A DNA stretch of 64,000 nucleotides from Bdellovibrionales bacterium (GTDB lineage: Bacteria > Bdellovibrionota > Bdellovibrionia > Bdellovibrionales > JAUICD01): NCBI GenBank assembly GCA_965197425.1, contig CBDANC010000015.1, positions 384,001 through 448,000 of the forward strand, in the 5' to 3' direction. The number at the start of each line of letters is the position of its first letter. Positions within the stretch are counted from its first letter, which is position 1. Positions 8,613 to 18,224 of the stretch are shown in pieces. Position numbers and translations under genes: made by a program. The notes beneath the pieces are model-generated. The model did no database searches. It saw only the letters and a program-made list of their open reading frames with translations, and was not told the DNA's origin.

Positions 8613-10982
8613 ATGCCAAGGTTCATCCTTTTATTAGTGTTATCTATCTCTTTTTCATATGTCAAAGTAGAGGCTTATCATCCAGGTGGTATATCCATGG
8701 GGAATATGGGTTGTCCCGTGTCCCAGAAAAAAAAGAGTAGGCTGGAGCATTTACAAGATGAGTTAGACGAGCTGGAAGAAGATTTAGATCATATGGAAGG
8801 CCGTTGTGAAGATCAAGAAGGTGACATAGAGGATTTATTAAGTCAGGTGATAGATGATATTAAGGAAGAAAATGATGATGCTAGCTCTAGTGATAAGATA
8901 GGCGACAATCAAATTAGACAAATAGAAAGACTGTTAGAAGACTATGTATTGAAAAATGGAGATGAAAATGTCAATGTTATAGGATGTGCTGACGGCACAG
9001 GAGGGGTGAGTTTTAGACCTCCTAGTGGTTACGATTTATTAGCAAAACAATTTTCTAGTAGCTATGTTTTAAGAATGTTGCAAGTAGCATTGGGCCCGCA
9101 GGCCTTTGCAATCGAATGTCCTGAAGGCAGAGATTGTTACGAACGAGAATGTTCAGGAGCTGTGTGCAATGAATTATATGCAAGAACTGGTAATTGTTGT
9201 GCCCATCAATCGTACGCAAATAGGTGCGCCAGCGTTTGTGGTGGTGGACCTACTCCTCCTCAACCCCCAGTTGTAACTGATCCAACCGCAGAGGACAGTT
9301 GTAGGCTTCTCATTGATTCGGGTGCTAACTGCGAAAGTTTAAAAGCAGGTGGTTGTTGTGGAACTACTGCTCTTGGAAGTCGTTGTTCGACTCAATGTTC
9401 AGGTTTGACGCCAGTAGGATCAGAATGTGATTTATTGTTTAGAGGATTTGTCTCACCTACTTGTCCACAAATTAAAGCAAAAAACTGTTGTAGTGACTCC
9501 AGGACCCCTAGCGAGTGTAAACAGCAGGGTCAACCCTGTGGTAATCCAGCACCTACACCTACACCAGTTGTACAACCCAGTCGATGTGAACAAGAACATG
9601 TGTGTGAGCAAATAGAGAATCAGGTGGAAAGCTTAGGCCGTGATCTTTTTGATGCTGATGATGACTGTGACGAATTAAGAGAAGAAGTACAAGAGTGTAG
9701 AAGTGATATGGAAAGATTAAGAGGAGAAATAAGAGAACTAAAAAGGTTAGTAAGGCGGGGAGAAAGAAGAGAGAGAAGATCTAGTAGAGACAGAGAAAAT
9801 AGCGGCAGGGATGGTGGAACCTGGTGTGTCGATTGCTCCACTGGTTTTAACAAAACCAGCTTTTTCACAAAACTTGGTGCGTCTATGATAATGGATGGCC
9901 TTGGTATGTACCTAACCAAAGAAGCTCACGATAATGCAGGAGAAGCAGCTGAAGCTATTGGTCATACATACAAACCTCCCCCTACACTTGGTTATGGTTT
10001 TGGAATGACAGCCGGAGCACTATACGGCGGTATGTGGGGCGGCCGCGGAAGAGGTGGCTGGGGCTGTGCAGGTGGAATGTACCCAGGTGGTCCGTTTGGA
10101 CGAATGGGTGGCGGACACGGTGGTATCTACGGACCTGCAGGTGGAATGTTCGGCTTTCCAGGAGGCGGTGGATATCCAACGGGCTTCCCTGGTGGAGGAG
10201 CCTTACTTCCAGGAGCATTTCTTCCTGGTATGGGCAGAGGAGGAATGGGAATAGGAATAGGTGGAATGGGTGGCCTCGGTATGGGCGGTCCATTTGGTGG
10301 AATGGGCGGTGGTCCATTCGGCGGAATGGGTTACCCTGGCTATATGACAGGTCCAGGATTTGGTATGGGCGGCAGGGGTAGTATAGGAATGGGTGCTGGT
10401 ATGGGCGGTCCATTTGGTGGAATGGGCGGTGGTCCATTCGGCGGAATGGGTGGAATCGGAATAGGTGCTGGCATGGGCGGTCCATTTGGTGGAATGGGCG
10501 GTGGTCCATTCGGCGGAATGGGCGGAATGGGCGGAATGGGTGGAATCGGAATAGGTGCTGGTATGGGTGGTCCATTTGGTGGAATGGGCGGAGTAGGAAT
10601 AGGCGGTGGTCCATTTGGTGGTGGTGCATTCGGTGGTATGGGTGGTCCATTTGGTGCTGGAGGAGCTGGTGGTGCGTATATAGCAGCTCAGCAAGCTCAA
10701 GCGCAGGCCAGACTTGAATATCAACAACGCATAATGCAAGCTTACCAACAACAGATGCAGGCGCAGGTCGCAAAGCAACGATCTGTGATGGCACTACAAC
10801 AAGAAATTGGTACTCTATATCAGCGTATGTACAACGTTCAGTATGGTGGTAATATGTACGGGGGAACTGGTTTTGTAGGAGCTGCTACTATAGGAGTAGG
10901 TGGTGTAGTTGGTGGTGGAGCGTCAGTAGGCAGAGGCCCAATACGAGGAAACAGAGGTACTCCTAGACCTAGCGGAAGATAA
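8613..10982 (+). CDS. Secreted protein with coiled coils, Cys-rich region and Gly/Met-rich GGPFGGMG repeats
   Basis: Signal peptide ending VEA; long ORF; low-complexity tail followed by a Gln-rich helix. Confidence 0.8.
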   Translation: MPRFILLLVLSISFSYVKVEAYHPGGISMGNMGCPVSQKKKSRLEHLQDELDELEEDLDHMEGRCEDQEGDIEDLLSQVIDDIKEENDDASSSDKIGDNQIRQIERLLEDYVLKNGDENVNVIGCADGTGGVSFRPPSGYDLLAKQFSSSYVLRMLQVALGPQAFAIECPEGRDCYERECSGAVCNELYARTGNCCAHQSYANRCASVCGGGPTPPQPPVVTDPTAEDSCRLLIDSGANCESLKAGGCCGTTALGSRCSTQCSGLTPVGSECDLLFRGFVSPTCPQIKAKNCCSDSRTPSECKQQGQPCGNPAPTPTPVVQPSRCEQEHVCEQIENQVESLGRDLFDADDDCDELREEVQECRSDMERLRGEIRELKRLVRRGERRERRSSRDRENSGRDGGTWCVDCSTGFNKTSFFTKLGASMIMDGLGMYLTKEAHDNAGEAAEAIGHTYKPPPTLGYGFGMTAGALYGGMWGGRGRGGWGCAGGMYPGGPFGRMGGGHGGIYGPAGGMFGFPGGGGYPTGFPGGGALLPGAFLPGMGRGGMGIGIGGMGGLGMGGPFGGMGGGPFGGMGYPGYMTGPGFGMGGRGSIGMGAGMGGPFGGMGGGPFGGMGGIGIGAGMGGPFGGMGGGPFGGMGGMGGMGGIGIGAGMGGPFGGMGGVGIGGGPFGGGAFGGMGGPFGAGGAGGAYIAAQQAQAQARLEYQQRIMQAYQQQMQAQVAKQRSVMALQQEIGTLYQRMYNVQYGGNMYGGTGFVGAATIGVGGVVGGGASVGRGPIRGNRGTPRPSGR

Positions 10983-11020
10983 CGGCAGAGTTTCAAATTA
11001 ATTGCCGATTGGTTTATAAA

Positions 11021-11323
11021 ATGTCTGATTCTAAAAATGGTGTGGAGCTTGAAGTTGTATTAGATGGTGAGTCCCACAAAATTACCTTAAATGAAGGTGA
11101 AACAGTTTTAGAAGCTTCACTCAGAGTTGGGCTTGATGCACCTTATTCTTGTATGTCTGGAGTTTGCACAACTTGTCAGGTAACCGTTCAGTCAGGTGAT
11201 CTGGAAATGGAAAATAACGATGCACTTTCTGATGAAGAAGTGGCTCAAGGTAACTACCTTGCCTGCCAAGCTACACATAAATCCAACAAACCCATCAAGG
11301 TGAAGTATATAAATGAGTGGTAG
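11021..11323 (+). CDS. 2Fe-2S ferredoxin
   Basis: YSCMSGVCTTC...LACQ plant-type cluster motif. Confidence 0.9.
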   Translation: MSDSKNGVELEVVLDGESHKITLNEGETVLEASLRVGLDAPYSCMSGVCTTCQVTVQSGDLEMENNDALSDEEVAQGNYLACQATHKSNKPIKVKYINEW

Positions 11324-11384
11324 TTGTTTTATTTTCTAAGGTTGGTTGGCTTCATACTTCTTTGACTAGTATAATATTATCAAT

Positions 11385-12143
11385 ATGCTCAGCAGATATT
11401 ACGAAATTATAGTGGTGCTTTTTTCAAAAGAGCTCAAGGTTAGCTACAAGCACAATATATTAGGATACCTTTGGTCTATTGCTAACCCTCTGGCCCATGC
11501 AATATTATTCTACTTTGTATTTGAGCTGGTTGCCAAAATACAAATGGAAAACTTTGCACTGTTTTTAGTAACAGGTCTATTCCCATGGCAGTCTATTAGT
11601 AATTCAATTGTCTCCGCACCTGGACTACTTGTTGGTAACAGAGAGTTAATAAAAAAAGTAGCCTTTCCAAGTGTTCTGATAAATATCTCATCAGTTCTTC
11701 AAATCATGTTTCACTATATCTTATCTCTGCCCATTATTTTTGTATTTGTTTTGTTGTTTAACCAACAACTGTCTTTCTGGTATATATTGGGGATACCTAT
11801 ACTGTGTGTTTTGCACTTTTTGTTGTGTTTATCTATCAATGTTATCTGTTCGTCCTTGAATGTATTTTTTAGAGATTTAGAAAGACTTGCGCAGGTAGCG
11901 GTGCTTTTTTTATTCTATTTCACTCCTGTTGTGTATAGCATGGATATGGTACCGGATAAATATGTGTATTTGATCAACCTAAACCCAATAAGCCCAATTA
12001 TAACTAGCTGGAGAAAACTTTTTTTAGAACACGATATAAACAATCAGTATCTATACTTTTCTATTTTTTGGGTTTTAATTTTGTGTTCTTTTGCATATTT
12101 CATCTATAAAAAACTATCATGGAGATTTGCGGAGTCACTATGA
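11385..12143 (+). CDS. wzm: ABC-2 polysaccharide export permease (Wzm/TagG-like)
   Basis: YKHNILGYLWSIANPL and LFYFTPVVYS; multiple TM segments. Confidence 0.88.
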   Translation: MLSRYYEIIVVLFSKELKVSYKHNILGYLWSIANPLAHAILFYFVFELVAKIQMENFALFLVTGLFPWQSISNSIVSAPGLLVGNRELIKKVAFPSVLINISSVLQIMFHYILSLPIIFVFVLLFNQQLSFWYILGIPILCVLHFLLCLSINVICSSLNVFFRDLERLAQVAVLFLFYFTPVVYSMDMVPDKYVYLINLNPISPIITSWRKLFLEHDINNQYLYFSIFWVLILCSFAYFIYKKLSWRFAESL

Positions 12144-12886
12144 AAGATGCTATCAGTTTTTCCAATGTGTATAAGTCTTATCCTCTATATGTCCATCTAA
12201 CTGGTGGTATTAAGAGTGTATTATTCAATTTTTATAGATCACTTAAAATGTTTAGAGGTACCTCCTATAAGGTTTTGAACGGAATATCTTTTAATATAAA
12301 AAAAGGTGAGTGTGTTGGAATTGTAGGTGGTAATGGTGTGGGAAAAAGTACAATGCTTGGGCTTATCGCTAGAGTGTTAAGGCAAGATTCTGGTGTAATA
12401 GAAATAGATGGCAGAGTGACTCCCTTGCTGGAGTTAGGATCTGGTTTTCACCCTGACCTCACTGGTATTGAAAATATAAAACTAAACGGAGTATTGATAG
12501 GACATAGTAGAAAAAAAATACAACAACATCTAGAACAAATCATAGAGTTTTCCGAAATAGGTGATTATATAGACCAGCCAGTAAGAATGTATTCCTCTGG
12601 TATGATTGCCAGACTTGGGTTTTCCATAGCATCTTTTCTTGATCCACAGATTTTACTCGTAGATGAGACCATGACAGTAGGTGATATTGGTTTTCAAAAA
12701 AAATGTTATGACAAACTAGAAGAATTTAAACAAAAAGGTGTTACCGTTGTGGTAGTTTCACACTTAATAGAGGACATCACAAAAGTATGCAATAGAGCTA
12801 TATGGCTAACAAATAAGGGCATAGCTATGGATGGTGAGGTTTCCCAAGTTATCTTGGAATATAAAAAACATTTTAAACATGAATAA
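12140..12886 (+). CDS. wzt: ABC polysaccharide export ATPase (Wzt/TagH-like)
   Basis: Walker A GGNGVGKS; YSSGMIARLGF signature; ATGA overlap with wzm. Confidence 0.9.
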   Translation: MKDAISFSNVYKSYPLYVHLTGGIKSVLFNFYRSLKMFRGTSYKVLNGISFNIKKGECVGIVGGNGVGKSTMLGLIARVLRQDSGVIEIDGRVTPLLELGSGFHPDLTGIENIKLNGVLIGHSRKKIQQHLEQIIEFSEIGDYIDQPVRMYSSGMIARLGFSIASFLDPQILLVDETMTVGDIGFQKKCYDKLEEFKQKGVTVVVVSHLIEDITKVCNRAIWLTNKGIAMDGEVSQVILEYKKHFKHE

Positions 12887-13799
12887 AATAGTTGTTAAAG
12901 ACTCAGATAAAGTTATAGAAATTCCTCAGCATGATATAAATCAAAAAGACATTGAACAAAAAACAGCCTTTTTTAGAGAACAAACTAAAACAAATAATAC
13001 CACAGAACTTATTCCATACATTGACCTAACCAACCTAAATGAAACTGATACAAAAGATGATATTAAAAAACTTGTAAATAAGGCTTTGTCTTTAAAACAT
13101 AAAAATTTACCATCTGTAGCAAGCATTTGTATCTATCCTTCCATGCTAAAGTTTGCAAAAGAAAGACTGGATGGAAACTCCACTTGTAGTGAAAACTCCG
13201 CTCGTAGTGGATACTCCACTGGTAGAAGTAGCAAAATCAATGTGGAAACTCCACTGGTAATTGCTACAGTTACGGGTGGTTTTCCCTCCGGAAAACTTAA
13301 CTTAGAATCAAAGTTGATAGAAACTAAAGAAGCAATCCAAATGGGGGCAGATGAAATTGACTTTACTATTTGTAGAGACTACTGTAAGCCTTCCGAAGCC
13401 CAAAAATTATTTGATGAAATTTACAATATAAAAAAACTAGTGGGAAGAAGACCTCTAAAGGTAATTTTGGAGACAGAAGAGCTACATAGCTATGACAAAA
13501 TAAAATTGGCATCCAACATAGCACTCTATGCAGGTGCTGACTTTATCAAAACCTCAACAGGAAAAATTAAAGGTCCACTTGATCACAAAATAGCCTCTTT
13601 TCTAGTTATTATGGATAGCATCCTAGATTTCTACAACCAAACAAAAAAGCAAGTTGGTATAAAGGTATCCGGAGGTATTAGTGGGGTGGATACAGCCATG
13701 CTCTTTTTTAATATGGTACAAACACAAATGGGGGAAAAATGGGTAAGCCCCAAATTTTTTAGAATAGGCTCAAGTAAACTTATGGATAATATTGTTTAG
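12879..13799 (+). CDS. deoC: Deoxyribose-phosphate aldolase with a repeat-derived loop insertion
   Basis: IDLTNL, GADEID, LKVILET, GADFIKTSTGK, GIKVSGGI and FRIGSS. Confidence 0.93.
   Translation: MNKIVVKDSDKVIEIPQHDINQKDIEQKTAFFREQTKTNNTTELIPYIDLTNLNETDTKDDIKKLVNKALSLKHKNLPSVASICIYPSMLKFAKERLDGNSTCSENSARSGYSTGRSSKINVETPLVIATVTGGFPSGKLNLESKLIETKEAIQMGADEIDFTICRDYCKPSEAQKLFDEIYNIKKLVGRRPLKVILETEELHSYDKIKLASNIALYAGADFIKTSTGKIKGPLDHKIASFLVIMDSILDFYNQTKKQVGIKVSGGISGVDTAMLFFNMVQTQMGEKWVSPKFFRIGSSKLMDNIV
13171..13259 (-). repeat. 4 copies of the 18-bp palindromic unit inside deoC
   Basis: atggaaactccacttgta / gtgaaaactccgctcgta / gtggatactccactggta / 17-bp gap / gtggaaactccactggta. Confidence 0.85.
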
Positions 13800-13919
13800 A
13801 TCGGGCAATCGGGCAATCGGGCAATCAGTCAATCAGGCAATCGGGCAATCGGGCAATCGGGCAATCAGTCAATCAGTCAATCAGGCAATCGGGCAATCGG
13901 GCAATCGGGCAATCAGGCA
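13800..13919 (+). repeat. 15 x 8-bp tandem repeat (ATCGGGCA/ATCAGGCA/ATCAGTCA)
   Basis: Starts at the base after the deoC stop; same unit as 7515-7778. Confidence 0.95.
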
Positions 13920-13930
13920 AACTGGCTATG

Positions 13931-14003
13931 GTCTCCTTTTTTTAAAAATATTTCCTCCCAGATAAAAACCATGGAGCAAATATTTTTTTCAAAAAAAGGA
14001 GAC
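13931..14003 (+). promoter_or_regulatory. SD-sequestering long hairpin (second leader type)
   Basis: GTCTCCTTTTTTT (13931-13943) pairs with AAAAAAAGGAGAC (13991-14003); inner AAAAATATTT/AAATATTTTT. Confidence 0.75.
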
Positions 14004-14013
14004 TATATACATT

Positions 14014-14307
14014 ATGAAAAATTTTAAAACATATCAATTAGCTGTTCAGTTCTACAATAATTCTAAAGGGATATACCTAAAAGAACCACTCAAAAATCAA
14101 TTCCAAAGAGCTATATTAAGCATAGTATTAAATTTGGTTGAAGGTAGTGCAAAGTTCAGTAACAAAGAAAGACGAAAATACTACAGAACCAGTTTAGGCT
14201 CACTTAGAGAAACACAAGCTATACTAGATCTCATAGATCATAAAAAGCTAACAGAAGAAGCAAGTAGGTTAGGAGGGTATCTTTACAAACTTTGCAAGAA
14301 TACATAA
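14014..14307 (+). CDS. Four-helix-bundle protein, copy 2
   Basis: 97-aa paralogue of copy 1. Confidence 0.88.
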   Translation: MKNFKTYQLAVQFYNNSKGIYLKEPLKNQFQRAILSIVLNLVEGSAKFSNKERRKYYRTSLGSLRETQAILDLIDHKKLTEEASRLGGYLYKLCKNT

Positions 14308-14368
14308 TCGAGGAACCAGGCAACGGATCACAGATTCCAGATAACGGATCCCCGATCTAGTCGGGCAA

Positions 14369-14833
14369 TTATGAGCGTCCAGATCGGATCTTAGATTGCA
14401 TTCGAGCCATGAGACTTACAGCCATTCTTTCATGAGCCTCACACATTCTAAGCTCATCTTTTCTATAACTTTTTTGACTTGGTGTTAGAGCACCCATTTC
14501 TATTTCCATTTCATAATCCAGCTTGTTGGACCTGATGCTTTCCAACTCCTTTGATTGCTGCTTAAACAACTTCACAAGACCACTATTAGGAGCAATCTCA
14601 AGCCACTCCTGCTTGCTCTTATACCAGCTAACCATTCTTAGAAATCTTGCCTTGTTCTTGGCCAGAGTAAATTTAGGATAATCAGACTCATCTAGATGTA
14701 GTATGTTATCCTGTCTCCACCTCTCCTTGTTCTTATCATCACTCCAAGGATTCTGTTTGTCCCAAGGCTTTACCTTCTTTGACAGAGAATCCGTTACAGA
14801 AGGATCCCCTCTATCCGTTTCGATATTATCCAC
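14369..14833 (-). CDS. Hypothetical protein
   Basis: 154-aa ORF with GTG start preceded by purine-rich AGGGAGAGAG; no recognisable motif. Confidence 0.6.
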   Translation of the reverse strand: MDNIETDRGDPSVTDSLSKKVKPWDKQNPWSDDKNKERWRQDNILHLDESDYPKFTLAKNKARFLRMVSWYKSKQEWLEIAPNSGLVKLFKQQSKELESIRSNKLDYEMEIEMGALTPSQKSYRKDELRMCEAHERMAVSLMARMQSKIRSGRS

Positions 14834-15047
14834 GCTCTCTCTCCCTTTTAAACACTACGGCTAACCTAAAACAAGGCCTGCCAAAGGGCCATAAAACATT
14901 ATTCTCCTACCAAAAAGCAAGGTAACACTACCATAATGCCATTAACATATCAATCAACTGACAGTGAATAATTTACATTTGTTGGTCATTTATTAGGTAT
15001 ATAAAAATTACTATATATTTATTCTTTGCATTTTGTTACGAAGCACC

Positions 15048-16688
15048 ATGGTTTTGAAATTATCTGGTGTTTTGGTTTTTATTTTTGTTGGTGTGGCCAG
15101 TTATATTTATGGCCAGAGTGGTTCTGATGTAGTGGGTAATTGGTATAGTGTGTTGCCCCCTGTATTTGCGGTTACTGTAGCTCTTATTACCAACAATGTT
15201 TTTATAAGTTTAATTGGTGCGGTTCTTCTTGGTGCTTTTTTAATCAAGATGCCTTCTGGTGAATTTCTTACGGGTGTACTTGATTCACTCTACAAGTTTT
15301 TTAGTATTCCTATTCTGGAGTTAACAGATACTTTTAATCTTCAGGTCATTGGTTTTGTTGTATGTGTTTTGGCTTTGATCTCTGTTGTTATAGTTTCTGG
15401 TGGTTTAAAGGCTGTGATTCGGTACATATCGGTTTATGCGAATGGCAGAAAGTCTACTAATTTTGTAACCTTTGTTTTGGGAATTTTGATGTTCATAGAT
15501 GATTATGCCAATACTATGTTGGTTGGCTCTTCTATGAGAGGAGTCTATGATGCAAATAAAATTTCGAGGGAAAAGCTGGCATTCATAGTTGATTCAACAG
15601 CAGCTCCCATTGCTGGGCTTGTTTTTATAAGTACTTGGGTTGGGTATGAAGTTGGTCTTTTGGGTCAGGTAGCGGGTGATTTAACCCTAGGGGTAGGGGG
15701 TTTTTCTATGTTTTTTGATGCAGTAATTTTTAGATTTTACTGCATATTTACATTGGTGTTTGTGTTGGTGAACATATTTTTGGATAAAGATTTTGGACCA
15801 ATGGCCTCTGCTGAGGCCAGTACCACACAGGTTCCTGTTAGTAAAGAAATTCAATCAGACAAAAATGCTGTGCCTAGTGTTATGGTTGCGCTAGTGCCAA
15901 TGGTGTTTTTGGTTTTGTATGTATTTATGGGTCTGTGGATAGATGGTGGAGGAGGTAAGGTTATAAGTGAAAAGTCCGTTTTATCTCTTCTTAGTTTTTC
16001 TGATTGGAAAGATGTAGTATCCGCTTCAGAAAATAATATATTGATACTTTTTCATGCCTCTCTATACGGGCTTATTTTGGCTATGATTTTGGGAATATCT
16101 ATCTCAAAGGTTCATGTAAGAAATATCTTTAAGGGCGCACTACGTGGTGTTAAAAAGAGTATGCTTCCTATTTCTATCCTAGTGCTGGCATGGTCTATTA
16201 AAACAGTTTGTAAAGAACTTGAGACAGGACCGTTTTTGGTATCAATCTTGGCAGACTCTATATCTCCAGTTTGGTTTCCTATAATACTTTTTGTTATCGC
16301 CGGATTAACAGCATTTACTACCGGTACTTCTTGGGGAACCATGGCTATTCTCATTCCATTTGCAATTCCATTGGCAAGTGCATTGGACGGAGGAGCTTAC
16401 GGGCTGGTTACCATACTTTCCGTGGCTACTATTTTAGACGGTGCAATTTTTGGGGATCACTGCTCTCCGATTTCAGACACAACAATTATGAGTTCGATAT
16501 CAAGTGGATGTGATCATATGTCACATGTAAAAACCCAAGCACCTTACTCAGTGGTTATAGCATCTGTAGCTTTGATTGGTTATTACTTATCTAGTATGGT
16601 CCATTTTGTAATAACATTTGCTTTAGGCATTGCTTTAATATTTCTGTTACATAAATATCTATGTAAGCTCTGGAACAAAAATAGTTGA
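15048..16688 (+). CDS. NhaC-family Na+/H+ antiporter-like transporter
   Basis: FIDDYAN, DSTAAP, TGTSWGTM and GDHCSPISDTT motifs; many TM helices. Confidence 0.9.
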   Translation: MVLKLSGVLVFIFVGVASYIYGQSGSDVVGNWYSVLPPVFAVTVALITNNVFISLIGAVLLGAFLIKMPSGEFLTGVLDSLYKFFSIPILELTDTFNLQVIGFVVCVLALISVVIVSGGLKAVIRYISVYANGRKSTNFVTFVLGILMFIDDYANTMLVGSSMRGVYDANKISREKLAFIVDSTAAPIAGLVFISTWVGYEVGLLGQVAGDLTLGVGGFSMFFDAVIFRFYCIFTLVFVLVNIFLDKDFGPMASAEASTTQVPVSKEIQSDKNAVPSVMVALVPMVFLVLYVFMGLWIDGGGGKVISEKSVLSLLSFSDWKDVVSASENNILILFHASLYGLILAMILGISISKVHVRNIFKGALRGVKKSMLPISILVLAWSIKTVCKELETGPFLVSILADSISPVWFPIILFVIAGLTAFTTGTSWGTMAILIPFAIPLASALDGGAYGLVTILSVATILDGAIFGDHCSPISDTTIMSSISSGCDHMSHVKTQAPYSVVIASVALIGYYLSSMVHFVITFALGIALIFLLHKYLCKLWNKNS

Positions 16689-16719
16689 TCGGACAACCAA
16701 GTAGCAGTCAATCGGGTGT

Positions 16720-16852
16720 CTGATTAGATCTGTGATCTGGCACTCAGGGATCTGATATCTGCATCCGGGATCTGGCATCAAGCATCCGTAATATTCTTAA
16801 TTTTTCCAAAAAAATTTCCTCCCATCAAATGATGGTAAGGAGGAAATTTTCT
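16720..16852 (+). repeat. Cassette 3 leader: degenerate GATCTGGCA repeats plus SD hairpin
   Basis: GGGATCTGGCATC (16767-16779) has its exact inverse at 17153-17165; same TTTCCTCCCATC...GGAGGAAA hairpin as copy 1. Confidence 0.8.
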
Positions 16853-17146
16853 ATGAAAAAATTAAAAACATACCAACTAGCTAAAAAGTTTTATCAAAAC
16901 TCAAAAAAACTCTGCTTAAAAGAACCACTAAAAAATCAGTTCCAAAGAGCTACCTTAAGCATTGTACTAAATATCGCAGAGGGGAGTGCCAAACCAACAA
17001 TAAAAGAAAGAAAAAGATTCTATGTAATAAGCCTAGGATCGCTTAGAGAAGTACAAGCCATACTAGATCTGATAGAACACAAAAACCTAATGGAAGAAGC
17101 AAATATACTCGGAGGATTTTTATACCAATTATGGAAAAATACATGA
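16853..17146 (+). CDS. Four-helix-bundle protein, copy 3
   Basis: 97-aa paralogue (MKKLKTYQLA...LYQLWKNT). Confidence 0.88.
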   Translation: MKKLKTYQLAKKFYQNSKKLCLKEPLKNQFQRATLSIVLNIAEGSAKPTIKERKRFYVISLGSLREVQAILDLIEHKNLMEEANILGGFLYQLWKNT

Positions 17147-17177
17147 TCCCAGGATGCCAGATCCCAGATCTGGTATT

Positions 17178-18167
17178 CTAGATAGCTTTTTTTAGTTTTT
17201 CTACTATGGTGTTTTTTAGTTTGTGGAAATCATCTTTCACCACCGCACCCGAAGAGTTAAAATGACCCCCTCCTCCAAGCTCTCTTGCAATGTTGAAGAC
17301 ATCAACATTACCCCTACTTCTTAGAGATACTTTATATTGGCTTGGAGCATCTTCTCTGAATAGAACAACGGCTTTCAAAACATCAACTTTCATAATGGAA
17401 TCTATAATATCACCAGTATCATCAATGCTGATATTATGCTCCAGCATAGACTTGCTGCTTATATGTATAATACCAATTTTGTTGTCATGTAGGTATTCTA
17501 AGTTACTAATCGTCTTAGCTAAGAAATGCATTTTGCTAATACTGTAGTTGCCAAATATTTCTCTATGTACTTGCTCAGGATTTTTTTCATATTCTAAAAT
17601 TTCAACTGCAATTTTGTGTGATTGAGAAGAGCCTCTTATATATTTAAACACCTGAGTGTCGAAGCAAACCGCAGTATAAACTGCTCTAGCTATGTCTTTA
17701 TTCATTGGTATGCCCATTTTTTTTATTAAGTGATAAACTACCTCACCAGATGAAGCTGCATCTTTGTTTATTAAAAAGGACACGTTTTCGTAATGTTTGT
17801 CTTTTGAAATATGATGATCAACAAATATTATATGTTTACATTTTTCTTCAAATTCAGAAAATAAATCTCCAACATGGTCTGGATCGTTGGTATCAAATAT
17901 TAAAGCCAAGTCTGTAGGCTCTAAGTTTTTGTGTTTTTGCTTTTTGTTTTCAATTTTATCTGAATGTTTTAAAAAACCATATCTAGGAGGAGTTGGATCC
18001 AGATTCAATATCCTTACCTTTTTCCCCAGGTGTTTAAGTGCATAGTACATGGCCATTTCTGATCCCAGACCATCCCCATCAGGTTCTCTATGCGTACTCA
18101 AAACAACACTATTTGCCTTAGTTATAATGTCAGAAACTGAGTCAAGTTCTAGCTTTAAACTACCCAT
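17178..18167 (-). CDS. nrnA: DHH/DHHA1 phosphoesterase (NrnA-like)
   Basis: HREPDGDGLGS, DHH, SLRSR and GGGGHFNSSG. Confidence 0.9.
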   Translation of the reverse strand: MGSLKLELDSVSDIITKANSVVLSTHREPDGDGLGSEMAMYYALKHLGKKVRILNLDPTPPRYGFLKHSDKIENKKQKHKNLEPTDLALIFDTNDPDHVGDLFSEFEEKCKHIIFVDHHISKDKHYENVSFLINKDAASSGEVVYHLIKKMGIPMNKDIARAVYTAVCFDTQVFKYIRGSSQSHKIAVEILEYEKNPEQVHREIFGNYSISKMHFLAKTISNLEYLHDNKIGIIHISSKSMLEHNISIDDTGDIIDSIMKVDVLKAVVLFREDAPSQYKVSLRSRGNVDVFNIARELGGGGHFNSSGAVVKDDFHKLKNTIVEKLKKAI

Positions 18168-18224
18168 TACCGTACAACTCCTATAAGCTTCTCCCGTCCT
18201 TATCGGATAAAATTCTAAAAAACA

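Noticed and set aside
9427..10794. Alternative-frame and antisense ORFs inside the Gly/Met-rich gene
   Set aside because: Shadows of repetitive Gly codons.
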